From NCBI GenBank assembly GCA_043803815.1, contig JAZDJR010000008.1, forward strand, positions 1 through 38,236: a stretch of DNA of 38,236 nt. The letters are read 5' to 3'. This document shows positions 8,040 through 16,957 of this stretch, piece by piece; positions within the stretch are counted from its first letter, which is position 1; each line of letters begins with the position of its first letter. This DNA is from Candidatus Micrarchaeota archaeon (lineage in GTDB: Archaea; Iainarchaeota; Iainarchaeia; Iainarchaeales; JAGVWC01). The translations under genes were made by a program, and so were the position numbers. The notes below the pieces were generated by a model that was not told the origin of the DNA, searched no databases, and saw only the letters and a list, made by a program, of their open reading frames with translations.

Positions 8040-8784
8040 CGCCTTCCCAGTTTTCCCTGGTCAGCTTGACAAAAACGTCCTCCAGGCTTCCCTTGGGTAT
8101 CTCCGCTTTTTGGCGAAGCTGGCTTAGGGTTCCCAAAGCAGTTATTTTTCCGTGATTGATAAACGCGATGCGGTCGCATAATTGTTCGGCTTCCTGCATG
8201 TAATGCGTGGTTAATAAAATCGTCATGCCTTGTTTTTTGAGCTTTAAGACCAGCTTTCGGATGGTTCGGCTGCTATGCACATCCAAGCCGACGGTCGGTT
8301 CGTCCATCAGCAATAATTTGGGGGCTGACAATAATGCTTTTGCAATGTAAAACCTCTGGCGAAAGCCGGAAGAAAGCGTAAAAGCGAATTGTTTTCTTTT
8401 TTCAGTCAAGCCGGTTTGGCTGAGCACTTCGTCGATTTTTTGTTTTTTGTCCGGAATCGCGTGCAAATAAGCGTAATAGGTCAGCAGGTCTTCGACGCTT
8501 AATCCGCGCAATACTCCCGCAAAGCCCGTGACGAGGTTGGTGTTGGAGATGGCTTGGTCGTGTTCGGTCAGGGCGTTTTTCCCGAATACGAGCACTTTTC
8601 CCGAATCGAGTTCAAGCAATCCGCAAATCGCGGAAATCAAAGTGGTTTTTCCCGCGCCATTGGGGCCCAGTAAGCCGAATATTTCGCCGGCCTCGATTGA
8701 AAACGAAACGTTATCCAGCGCAAGAATCGTTTCGCGGTTCTGGCGAAATTTTTTGGCAGCGTTTTGGACTTGAAGTGCGTGCAT
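8026..8784 (-). CDS. ABC transporter ATP-binding protein (multidrug/ABC-2 type)
   Basis: Walker A GPNGAGKT, signature LSSG, Walker B LLMDEPT, H-loop TTH. Confidence 0.95.
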   Translation of the reverse strand: MHALQVQNAAKKFRQNRETILALDNVSFSIEAGEIFGLLGPNGAGKTTLISAICGLLELDSGKVLVFGKNALTEHDQAISNTNLVTGFAGVLRGLSVEDLLTYYAYLHAIPDKKQKIDEVLSQTGLTEKRKQFAFTLSSGFRQRFYIAKALLSAPKLLLMDEPTVGLDVHSSRTIRKLVLKLKKQGMTILLTTHYMQEAEQLCDRIAFINHGKITALGTLSQLRQKAEIPKGSLEDVFVKLTRENWEGDEDK

Positions 8785-8829
8785 TATTGATTTGGAACAA
8801 AACTATTTAAATTCGAAATATTCGGCTTA

Positions 8830-9054
8830 TTATTTTGAAAAGTCTTCGGGGCTTAATCCCGATTGACGGATAATGGAGCGCAGCACGAACGGATTCAGGT
8901 CTTGGTTTCCGTGAATCGGAATAGTAACATGAAATATTTTGCCGGTGATGATTTTGTCTAAGTGAACATGGCTTCCTTTTTGGCGTTTGACTTCAAAGCC
9001 ATTTTTTAACAGAATTTTGACGACTTCTTTTCCGGAAATTACTCGGGGTTTCAT
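8830..9054 (-). CDS. hicA: HicA-family toxin (mRNA interferase)
   Basis: VVKILLKNGF..KRQKGSH, VTIPIHG.DL, LRSIIRQSGLS. Confidence 0.92.
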   Translation of the reverse strand: MKPRVISGKEVVKILLKNGFEVKRQKGSHVHLDKIITGKIFHVTIPIHGNQDLNPFVLRSIIRQSGLSPEDFSK

Positions 9055-9089
9055 CAGGTTTAAATAGGGTTTTTGATATTAATTAAGAT

Positions 9090-9323
9090 ATGCAGATGAT
9101 GGGTTTTTCGGTAGTAATTATTCCGGAAGGAAAATCGTTTTCCGCCTGGTGCCCCGATGTTGACGTGGCTTCGCAAGGCAAAACCGTCAAAGAATCGCTG
9201 ACCAACCTAAAAGAAGCGCTTGAACTTCATTTGGAATGTTTGTCTTCACGCGAGTTAAATGAAATCCGAAAACGCCAGGAAAACCGCTTGACAACCACGA
9301 TTCAAATTCCGGTTCCGGCTTAA
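9090..9323 (+). CDS. hicB: HicB-family antitoxin, short form without C-terminal DNA-binding domain
   Basis: FSAWCPDVDVASQGKTVKESLTNLKEALELHLE. Confidence 0.88.
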   Translation: MQMMGFSVVIIPEGKSFSAWCPDVDVASQGKTVKESLTNLKEALELHLECLSSRELNEIRKRQENRLTTTIQIPVPA

Positions 9324-9373
9324 CTTTTTTTTAATGCTTGTGGTGTTCTTCAAAATTTGACAAACCGGTTTTT

Positions 9374-11578
9374 TTACAGTTTGGTTCCTTTGAGCAAAGT
9401 CGAGTTGGTGACCACGGATACGCTGGAAAGCGCCATTGCGCCTGCGGCAATAATCGGGGACAGCAGGATTCCATACGAGGAGTACAGTATTCCCGCGGCC
9501 AAGGGAATTCCGATGACGTTGTAAATCAATGCCCAGAACATGTTTTGTTTTATCTTGGCAATCGTTTTTTTGCTCAGTTGAATCGCCTTGGGGACATCCG
9601 TGAGGTTGTTTTGCATTAAAACAATGTTCCCCGTTTCCATGGCAACATCGGTTCCCGAACCCATTGCAATCCCGATGTCCGCGAGTGCGAGTGCGGGTGC
9701 GTCGTTGATGCCGTCGCCAATCATCGCGACTTTTTCCTTTCCGCCGTTTTGCAGTTCCTTGACATACTTGGCCTTGTCTTCGGGCAGTACCCCCGCGAAA
9801 ACGTTTTTCTCGTCGATTCCCGCCTGGCGCGCGATTGCCTTGGCGGTGCGCTCGTTGTCTCCCGTAATCATGTAAACTTCGATTTTCATTTTTTGAAGGC
9901 TCAAAACCGCTTCTTTGGAAGTTTCCTTGATTTGGTCGGCCGCGGCAATCAAACCCAGAACCGATTTTTCGTCCGCAAGAACCATGACGGTTTTTCCCTG
10001 CAATTCAAGTTCCGCAATTCGGGCATTCAACGTTTCGACAGAAAGCCCGTTTTTGTTCATCAGCTTTTCGTTTCCCAAAAAGTATTTTTTCTTTTGAATT
10101 TCGGCCTGAATTCCGTTCCCCGGAACGGCCTTGAAATGCTGAACCGGCACAAGTGAAATGTTTTTTTCTTTGGCCGCATTGACAATGGCGTCCGCCAATG
10201 GGTGTTCGGATGATTTTTCAAGGCTTGCGGCGATTTGCAGAACCTTTTGTTCGTTCATTTTTCCGACGGCAATGATGTCGGTTGCTTTCGGAATTCCTTT
10301 GGTAATGGTTCCGGTCTTGTCAAAAATGACTTTTTTCAGGTGATGTGCGGTTTCCAGTGCGTCGCCGCCTTTAATCAGGATTCCGTATTTGGCACCGACT
10401 CCCGTTCCAACCATTATCGCGGTTGGGGTTGCAAGTCCCAAAGCGCAGGGGCAGGCAATCACAAGGACTGCAATGCTGGTCAAAAGCGCGAACGCAATTC
10501 CCATTGGAAAAATATAATACCACGCCACAAACGTGGCGATTGCAATTAGGATTACGGCGGGCACAAAATACGCGGAAATTTGGTCGGCATAGCGCTGAAT
10601 CGGTGCTTTTCTTCCCTGGGCCTCGTCAATTAATTTGATAATGTGCGATAAGGTCGTGTTTTCTCCGACTTTGTCGGCTTTGAAGGTAAACGTACCGTTC
10701 TTGTTGATGGTTCCGCTCATGACCGCGGCACCGGTTTTTTTTTCCACGGGAATGCTTTCTCCTGTGACCATGCTTTCGTCAACCGAAGAATATCCTTCAA
10801 CAAGGATTCCGTCAACCGGAATTCTCTCTCCTGGCTTTACCACAACCAGGTCCCCGACTATCAGGCGGTCAACAGAAACAATCATTTCTTTTCCGTCCCG
10901 AATAACCGTCGCGGTTTTTGGGGCAAGGTTCATGAGTTTTTTAATGGCTTCGCTGGTTTTTCCCTTGGCGATTGCTTCAAGCCACTTGCCCAGTACTACA
11001 AGGGTAATCAGGATGGCGGAAGTTTCAAAATACTGGCCGCCCGCGGAATTGAACAGGATATTATACACGCTTATGGCATACGCCGCGGTTGTTCCAAGCG
11101 CAATTAACGTGTCCATGCTTGCGCTTTTGTTGCGCAAGGCGGCCCAGGCGCCTAAATAAAACTGTTTTCCGACAATGAACTGCACGGGTGTTGAAAGCAG
11201 GAACAAAATAAACGGCGCGTACGGCAATTCGACGCCCAACGGCATCAGCACCATTCCGATAATAAACGCGGGAAGCGCAAAAGCAAGGCTTAACAAAAAC
11301 GTGTTTTTGAAATTGTCCAGTTCTTCTTTTTGGAGCAAGGCCTTTTTTTCAGGGTCTGCTCCGGGAAGGATGGTTTCGGCTTTGTACCCGCTTTTTTTGA
11401 CCGCGAAAATCAAATCGCTTTCCTTGGTTTGGTTTTCGTCAAACTCGATGGTGGCTTTCGAAGTTGAAAAATTAACGTTGCTTTCCCTGACTCCGGGAAC
11501 TTTTCGCAGGGACTTGTCGATGATTAGTGCGCAGCTTGCGCAATGCATTCCGCCGACCTGTAACGTTACTTTACTCAT
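9374..11578 (-). CDS. copA: Cu+-translocating P1B-type ATPase
   Basis: N-terminal HMA GMHCASC, TGES, CPC, DKTGT, SEHPL, GDGINDAP, YN..GIP, MALSS; start at MSKVTL (11578). Confidence 0.95.
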   Translation of the reverse strand: MSKVTLQVGGMHCASCALIIDKSLRKVPGVRESNVNFSTSKATIEFDENQTKESDLIFAVKKSGYKAETILPGADPEKKALLQKEELDNFKNTFLLSLAFALPAFIIGMVLMPLGVELPYAPFILFLLSTPVQFIVGKQFYLGAWAALRNKSASMDTLIALGTTAAYAISVYNILFNSAGGQYFETSAILITLVVLGKWLEAIAKGKTSEAIKKLMNLAPKTATVIRDGKEMIVSVDRLIVGDLVVVKPGERIPVDGILVEGYSSVDESMVTGESIPVEKKTGAAVMSGTINKNGTFTFKADKVGENTTLSHIIKLIDEAQGRKAPIQRYADQISAYFVPAVILIAIATFVAWYYIFPMGIAFALLTSIAVLVIACPCALGLATPTAIMVGTGVGAKYGILIKGGDALETAHHLKKVIFDKTGTITKGIPKATDIIAVGKMNEQKVLQIAASLEKSSEHPLADAIVNAAKEKNISLVPVQHFKAVPGNGIQAEIQKKKYFLGNEKLMNKNGLSVETLNARIAELELQGKTVMVLADEKSVLGLIAAADQIKETSKEAVLSLQKMKIEVYMITGDNERTAKAIARQAGIDEKNVFAGVLPEDKAKYVKELQNGGKEKVAMIGDGINDAPALALADIGIAMGSGTDVAMETGNIVLMQNNLTDVPKAIQLSKKTIAKIKQNMFWALIYNVIGIPLAAGILYSSYGILLSPIIAAGAMALSSVSVVTNSTLLKGTKL

Positions 11579-12389
11579 TTTTGTTCGCCGTCCAATCGTT
11601 TTTTCCAAGCGGAGTCACATAAGCCAAGTCCAGAATCGAGTTGTTTTTTTCAAGAATTCCGACTACAATAAATCGCCTGCCGAATTTTTCAAACGTGTCT
11701 CCCAAGTTTTGGAATGTTTTTTCGGCGCGCAGGAGTTTTGCTTCCTGCGAACCCAAAATAATGGGGTAATACACGGTTCCGACAATGGTGTGTTCCTGGT
11801 AATCGGCAAGGTTTCCTTCCGCGAGTCTTGCAGAGCCAAAAAGCGGTCGGTCCAATTGGTTTTGGTAAAAAACCGCAGGCTTTGAATCGTCCGACATTTT
11901 GATAAACAGCGCGTCAGGATTTCCGGTTACACGGTCGAATTCAGGCGAGCTCAAAAAATGAAAATAATCCGCGGGACTGTTGGTTTTTTCCAGAATGCCT
12001 TCCACGGTCGGGTTAAGTCCGAAAAAATCCTTTATCGGATCGCCGGGCTTTGAAAACAGGTTTTCCGACTCCATCAGGCGTGCTTCGGTTTCACCCAAAA
12101 CCATGGAGTCCTTTTCGGGAAGCGGGTTTCCTTTTAAGACCGAAAATTTGGCTAATGCGTTGCTTTTGGCCAAAGCAAAAACCTTGGCTTCCCCGGCGTC
12201 GGTAAACGCCAGTTTTAGCGAAAGGCCGGAATAAATGGAAAGCGAAGAATCCGGAGTTTCGGAAGCCATGCCAGCCGTTGAAGCGCCCGCGCTTGGAACC
12301 GACCAGTAGGCAAAACCGACCACTGCTACGACTAAAACCGAAAAAGCAATCGCCTTTTTTTCCCGTTCAAGCCATTTTTTTGCGTTCAT
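11571..12389 (-). CDS. Membrane-anchored protein with two internally repeated MacB-periplasmic-core-like segments
   Basis: Single N-terminal TM; repeats VLGETEARLM...GD....FG...VEGILEKTNS.D and ILGSQEAKLL...GD....FG...VVGILEKNNS.D; start 12389 or 12398. Confidence 0.65.
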   Translation of the reverse strand: MNAKKWLEREKKAIAFSVLVVAVVGFAYWSVPSAGASTAGMASETPDSSLSIYSGLSLKLAFTDAGEAKVFALAKSNALAKFSVLKGNPLPEKDSMVLGETEARLMESENLFSKPGDPIKDFFGLNPTVEGILEKTNSPADYFHFLSSPEFDRVTGNPDALFIKMSDDSKPAVFYQNQLDRPLFGSARLAEGNLADYQEHTIVGTVYYPIILGSQEAKLLRAEKTFQNLGDTFEKFGRRFIVVGILEKNNSILDLAYVTPLGKNDWTANKNE

Positions 12390-12409
12390 AAATTTCATTA
12401 CTCCTATCT

Positions 12410-12748
12410 TTATCCCATTGCCTTTCGGCACTGCGCACAGCCGGTTTTTTTGCCGAAATGCTCGAAAGCGTCCCGGAAAATGCACCAGCAAAAATTTTCG
12501 GACAAACGAAAGACTTTTTCCCTTCCTTTTCTTTCAAAAACAACGACTCCGACCTGCTCCAAGTATTTCAACTGATGCGAGACCGCGGACAGGGTCATGG
12601 AATCCTTTCCCACCTGTTCATACACCGCGTTCACGGTCAAAGGACCGTTCGTGAGGGCTTTGAGCATCTTCAGGCGCGTCTCGTCCGCAATCGCGGAAAA
12701 AAAACGCAGGACTTTTTTGTCGGTTTCAACCGAATCTTTTTTAGCCAT
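12410..12748 (-). CDS. ArsR/SmtB-family metalloregulator with C-terminal Cys motifs
   Basis: FSAIADETRLKML, SAVSHQLKYL, R.GR; C-terminal FCWC and CAQC. Confidence 0.9.
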   Translation of the reverse strand: MAKKDSVETDKKVLRFFSAIADETRLKMLKALTNGPLTVNAVYEQVGKDSMTLSAVSHQLKYLEQVGVVVFERKGREKVFRLSENFCWCIFRDAFEHFGKKTGCAQCRKAMG

Positions 12749-12752
12749 AATA

Positions 12753-12770
12753 GTTGAATGGTTGCTCAAC
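12753..12770. promoter_or_regulatory. Probable ArsR operator GTTGA-N8-TCAAC
   Basis: Inverted repeat between the minus-strand TATA box (~12772-12780) and the ArsR ATG (12748). Confidence 0.6.
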
Positions 12771-12799
12771 CTTTTAAATATATCGGGACAGCTGCGGCG

Positions 12800-14338
12800 T
12801 TATCCGCCGCAGCTGTTTGCTCCACCTCCTCCGCAGCCGCAGCCCCCCGCTTTTTTAGGGGTCGCCGCCAGCTGCTGGTTTACTTGCTGTCCGATTTGGG
12901 CGTCCAATACTACTTTTCCGGCTGCATCCACTCCGACATCGTCGCGCACTACAAATGTTCCTTGTATCATGCCCATCCAGCAGCTCCATTGGATGACACC
13001 GGTCGTGGTGGGGGTGAATTCGATGGTTTGCAGGCCGGGCTTTATTTTGAATTGCAGGTTGTAGGCGGGAACGTTGATTCCGCTGTTGCAGCCGTTGAGT
13101 TCTTTTCCGTTAATGACCCATTTGACGGGAATGCCTTTTTTGAGCACGAAACTGTTCGGGCTCCAGCCCGAATTTAGCACGTCCATATTGATTTGCTGGT
13201 AATTGGACAACACTTCGGTATTGGCGGTTGTTCCGTTCGGCGTGGCATTACCGCCCGGAACATTGGCAACGGGGTTGAGTGAAAACCCGTTTCCGGTCAG
13301 GGCCAAGCCGTTGTTAATCATGAGTAGTCCCATGACCAAAACGATTACACCCGATACCCGCACAACCCTGTTTTGGAATCCGTGGCTCAAAAACGAGGCG
13401 AATACGCCGAATCCCATCATGGGAATCAGGGTTCCGATGGCAAACGCCAATAGCATGGATGCGCCTGTTACAAAGCTTCCCGTTGTGGCAGCAAGGACGT
13501 ACATGGCTTGCAAGGGTCCGCAGGCGATGAACAGTCCGTTCATCAGTCCGACGACGAGCGGGCTGTTGTTTTTGCTTTTGAGCGGTCCGATTCTGAATTT
13601 GCTGAACCAGGATTGTGGCAGGCTGAATTTTCGAAGGATTGGAAAGATATTCAGCAATCGCAGGGAGAATAGTATCAAAAATATTCCTGCGAGAATTGCA
13701 ATCGCGGCCCTTAGTTGGGGGGTAAAAACAAATACGCTTCCGATTAAGCCGAATATTCCGCCAATGACGGAATATGAAATTATTTTTCCTCCCGCGTACT
13801 GGGCATGCAGGGACAGGTTCAGTCCTTTGGGGTTTTCCTTTTTGCTTTTGGCGGTATAACTAAGCACGAATCCGCCGCACATTCCGATGCAGTGAAATCC
13901 TGTCAGGAGCCCGACCAAAAAAATGAGCGCAATGCTGGTATTGGCATCCAGCTGCGGAACGCTGATGTTCAAGGGTCCGACCATTGAAGACACTACCATA
14001 TAGGCGACCGCCAAAAAGGCCAAGGCGGTTAAACCGGCTAAGATATAAAATAATTTTTTTCCGTCACCGCTTGATTCGCTTTTTTGGCTTGCGAAATTTT
14101 TCAAACCGGTTTCTTCTTTTTCCGTTTCGGTAGCGTGATAACCCGCTTTTTCGATTGCCACAGTAATCTGCTCCGCAGTTACTTTTTCCGTGTTAATCGT
14201 CATTTCCGCGGTTCCGTTCGCGTACGATGCGCGAACGTGCTTGATGCCATCGATTTGGGAAAGCGATTTTTCAATGATTTTTTCGCAGCTTTCGCAAACC
14301 ATATCGTCTACTTTAAAAAATATTTTTTGGTTTTCCAT
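12800..14338 (-). CDS. Heavy-metal transport/detox protein: HMA + DsbD_2/TauE-like membrane domain + cupredoxin-like C-terminus
   Basis: MVCESC; GFHCIGMCGG and ACGPLQAM; PNSF.LKKGIPV.W, GCN, SCWMGMI; Gly/Cys tail GGCGCGGGGANSCGG. Confidence 0.88.
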   Translation of the reverse strand: MENQKIFFKVDDMVCESCEKIIEKSLSQIDGIKHVRASYANGTAEMTINTEKVTAEQITVAIEKAGYHATETEKEETGLKNFASQKSESSGDGKKLFYILAGLTALAFLAVAYMVVSSMVGPLNISVPQLDANTSIALIFLVGLLTGFHCIGMCGGFVLSYTAKSKKENPKGLNLSLHAQYAGGKIISYSVIGGIFGLIGSVFVFTPQLRAAIAILAGIFLILFSLRLLNIFPILRKFSLPQSWFSKFRIGPLKSKNNSPLVVGLMNGLFIACGPLQAMYVLAATTGSFVTGASMLLAFAIGTLIPMMGFGVFASFLSHGFQNRVVRVSGVIVLVMGLLMINNGLALTGNGFSLNPVANVPGGNATPNGTTANTEVLSNYQQINMDVLNSGWSPNSFVLKKGIPVKWVINGKELNGCNSGINVPAYNLQFKIKPGLQTIEFTPTTTGVIQWSCWMGMIQGTFVVRDDVGVDAAGKVVLDAQIGQQVNQQLAATPKKAGGCGCGGGGANSCGG

Positions 14339-14563
14339 TCATTCACCTTTTGTTTTCCTGCCGATTACCTTGTATCCGTCTTCCTCGATTTTTTTGACGA
14401 GCACATTTAGGTCGACATTGCTTCCGTCCGTTTCCACCAATACAACCCCTTTTTTGGGGTCGCCGGAAACCTTTTTTACTCCATTTACTCCGGATAGGTT
14501 CATGCGAATCAGGGCGATGCAGGAGTCGCAGTGCATTCCCGATACCTTAAATTCTGAAATCAT
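14339..14563 (-). CDS. CopZ-like HMA copper chaperone
   Basis: FKVSGMHCDSC ... IEEDGY; start at ATG 14563 with GGAG SD. Confidence 0.88.
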   Translation of the reverse strand: MISEFKVSGMHCDSCIALIRMNLSGVNGVKKVSGDPKKGVVLVETDGSNVDLNVLVKKIEEDGYKVIGRKTKGE

Positions 14564-14687
14564 GGTTTGGTCTCCTTTTTTCGGTTTTCCTGCAATCATA
14601 GCAACTGAAACCATATATAGCGATTCTTGAAACCGTCCTATTTGGCGTAAAGCGCCGTTTGCCCCGTTGTTTTCCGAGCGCTTTTAA

Positions 14688-14706
14688 ATTCCTTTTCAAA
14701 AGGAAT
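14688..14706. promoter_or_regulatory. Perfect inverted repeat ATTCCTTTT-C-AAAAGGAAT between TATA box and start of the wHTH gene
   Basis: Lies between TTTTAAAT (14682-14689) and ATG 14712. Confidence 0.45.
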
Positions 14707-14711
14707 AGTTT

Positions 14712-15236
14712 ATGGACTTCAAAATTGACTTTTCCAATCGCAGGACGATTGCGGGATTCCTGATTCTGCTTTGCGTTATTGCATTGGCATTATATTCTCC
14801 CGTTATTATTTCCCAGACCAACCCGACGGTTTGCACCATTGACGGCGTCTGCCAGCACGAGGTGCGGGAAAACCTTTTGACCAGTCTTATTCCGGTTTTC
14901 ATCCTGATTGGAATTATCATCGGCGCTATCGTATTTTTTTTCATGAGTTCGCGCATGGAAAACAAGGAAAAAGAGCTCCAAAAAGTGACCAGCGCCTTGG
15001 TCCAGTTTTTGGGAAAAGATGAAAAGCTCGTGGTGCAAAAACTGCTCGACAGCCAAGGCCAAGTGTTGCAAGCCGATGTCAGCCGAATCGCAGGAGTCGG
15101 AAAGCTCAAAAGCCACCGCATTATTCAGCGCCTGTCCGACCGCGGCGTAATCATAATCGAGCCGTTTGGAAAAACCAACCGCATCAGGCTCAACAAGGAA
15201 CTCGAGCAGACCTTGTTAGCCAAAAAGAAACCCTAA
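14712..15236 (+). CDS. Two-TM membrane-tethered winged-HTH (MarR-like) regulator
   Basis: TM, loop CTIDGVCQHE, TM, then LGKDEKLVV..L...G.V.QADV.R..G..KLK.HRIIQRL..RGVI...PFGKTNRI.L. Confidence 0.8.
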   Translation: MDFKIDFSNRRTIAGFLILLCVIALALYSPVIISQTNPTVCTIDGVCQHEVRENLLTSLIPVFILIGIIIGAIVFFFMSSRMENKEKELQKVTSALVQFLGKDEKLVVQKLLDSQGQVLQADVSRIAGVGKLKSHRIIQRLSDRGVIIIEPFGKTNRIRLNKELEQTLLAKKKP

Positions 15237-15278
15237 GCGGTTTTGCCGCCAAAAAATAATCGTTCCGAAAAATAGTTG

Positions 15279-15584
15279 TTACAGTCCGATTTCCATTTGG
15301 GCCTTGCCTTCGGGGGTCATTTTGCTTTGGTCCCAAGGCGGGTTAAAAGTCAGGGTCATTTCGACTTTTTTGACCCCTTTTACCTTTTTTATCCGTTCCT
15401 CGATATCGGCTTTTAAAATATCGGCAAACGGGCAGGCGGGGCTCGTCATGGTGAATTGGATAAAAACCGTTTCTTTATCGCTGACCGTCAGCTTGTAAAT
15501 CAGCCCCAAATCCCAGACATTCACGGGAATTTCAGGGTCGAAAACCGTGCGCAGCGCCTTGATGACATCCTCTTTTTTGGCCAT
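15279..15584 (-). CDS. DUF59/SufT (PaaD-like, MIP18 family) Fe-S maturation protein
   Basis: ALRTVFDPEIPVNVWDLGLIY, TMTSPACP, TFNPPW. Confidence 0.92.
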   Translation of the reverse strand: MAKKEDVIKALRTVFDPEIPVNVWDLGLIYKLTVSDKETVFIQFTMTSPACPFADILKADIEERIKKVKGVKKVEMTLTFNPPWDQSKMTPEGKAQMEIGL

Positions 15585-15609
15585 ACTAAGCAACTCCTGC
15601 ACCAACGCA

Positions 15610-15648
15610 TTTAAATAATATTATATGAAGTTTTATTCATATGAATAA
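15610..15648 (+). promoter_or_regulatory. TATA box and ArsR-type operator ATATGA-N8-TCATAT of the suf operon
   Basis: TTTAAATA 15610-15617; ATATGA 15623-15628 / TCATAT 15637-15642 overlapping the ATG; second overlapping palindrome TTATTCATATGAATAA 15633-15648. Confidence 0.7.
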
Positions 15649-15970
15649 GAATACACCTTATCGCCTGTGTTTTGAAACGCTTTCCAACGACCTGCGCCTG
15701 CAGATTTTAAGACGGCTGAAAAAAAGCCCCTGCTCCGTGTCCGAATTGTGCAAGGAAACCGGGGAAGAGCAGTCCAAGATTTCGCATTCGCTTTCTACCT
15801 TGCGCACCTGCAATTATGTCCGCGTTTCGCAGGACGGGAAAAAACGGATTTATTCCCTTCACCCGTCCCTGGCCAAAGGGCTGAAAGGAAAAAAATCCAA
15901 CGCCACGATTTTTGACTGGGTGGACCTTCACAAGACAAGCTGCTGCAATCTGAAATGCAAAAAAGCGTAG
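15641..15970 (+). CDS. ArsR-family regulator heading the suf operon, with C-terminal CCxxxC
   Basis: FETLSNDLRLQIL, SVSEL, QSKISHSLSTL, GKKRIYSL; ends SCCNLKCKKA. Confidence 0.88.
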   Translation: MNKNTPYRLCFETLSNDLRLQILRRLKKSPCSVSELCKETGEEQSKISHSLSTLRTCNYVRVSQDGKKRIYSLHPSLAKGLKGKKSNATIFDWVDLHKTSCCNLKCKKA

Positions 15971-16014
15971 TTGGCTGATTTTTTTTGAAAGTGAAGATTT
16001 TTGGAAGTGGAAAA

Positions 16015-16794
16015 ATGGTTTCGCATTCGTTAATCGTAAAAAACCTGCATGCCAAAGTCGGCGAAAAAGAAATCCTAAAAGGATTCAATCTGTCGGTCAA
16101 GGCGGGGGAAATCCACGCGATTATGGGTCCGAACGGCTCGGGAAAATCCACGTTCGCGTCCGTTTTGATGGGCCATCCCAAATTCGAGGTCACCAAAGGC
16201 TCGATTGTGTTTGAAGACCGAAATTTGGCGGACTTGTCCCCCGATGAACGCGCCAAGCTCGGCTTGTTTTTGAGTTTTCAGTATCCGTTCGAGGTGCAGG
16301 GCCTTGGCATGGGAAAATTTCTGTACGCGGCATACAAGGCGCGTTTTCCGGAAGAAAAAATGACTCCTTTGGCTTTTCAGCAAAAGCTCAAGGCGATTTT
16401 GTCCGAACTGCATATGGACGCGAGTTTTGGAACGCGCGATTTAAACGTCGGTTTTTCCGGCGGGGAAAAAAAGCGCGCGGAAATTTTGCAGTTAAAACTG
16501 CTGCGTCCGCGATTGGCGGTCCTTGACGAGACCGATTCGGGGCTTGATATCGATTCGCTAAAGCTCGTGGCGCAATCGTTGGACTCGATGCGTTCCCCGG
16601 ACTTTTCAGCGGTCGTGATTACTCATTACAAGCGCATCCTGAACTACTTAAAGCCCGATTTTGTGCATGTGCTGTATGACGGCCGAATCGTGGAATCGGG
16701 AGGTGCGGAACTGGCCGAACGGCTGGAACAGCAGGGCTATCGGGTCCTGCTCGCCGAAAAAGGAATCGCAATCCCGGACGAAATTAAGGAATAA
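16015..16794 (+). CDS. sufC: Fe-S assembly ABC ATPase SufC
   Basis: GPNGSGKS, FLSFQYP, FSGGEKKR.EILQ, LDETDSGLDID, ITHY. Confidence 0.97.
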   Translation: MVSHSLIVKNLHAKVGEKEILKGFNLSVKAGEIHAIMGPNGSGKSTFASVLMGHPKFEVTKGSIVFEDRNLADLSPDERAKLGLFLSFQYPFEVQGLGMGKFLYAAYKARFPEEKMTPLAFQQKLKAILSELHMDASFGTRDLNVGFSGGEKKRAEILQLKLLRPRLAVLDETDSGLDIDSLKLVAQSLDSMRSPDFSAVVITHYKRILNYLKPDFVHVLYDGRIVESGGAELAERLEQQGYRVLLAEKGIAIPDEIKE

Positions 16795-16957
16795 AAATTA
16801 TACCCAAAGCAGCCGCCGAAGGCCGTTGTGCGGATAGTTCCGGAAAAAAAATTAAAATTATGGGAAATCGGAAATTAAGAAAAAAATTGGGTAAAAATTA
16901 AAAAAGTTTGAATAATTTAAATTTAAAAAAATAAAAATTTTTTAATTTGGTGAAAAA

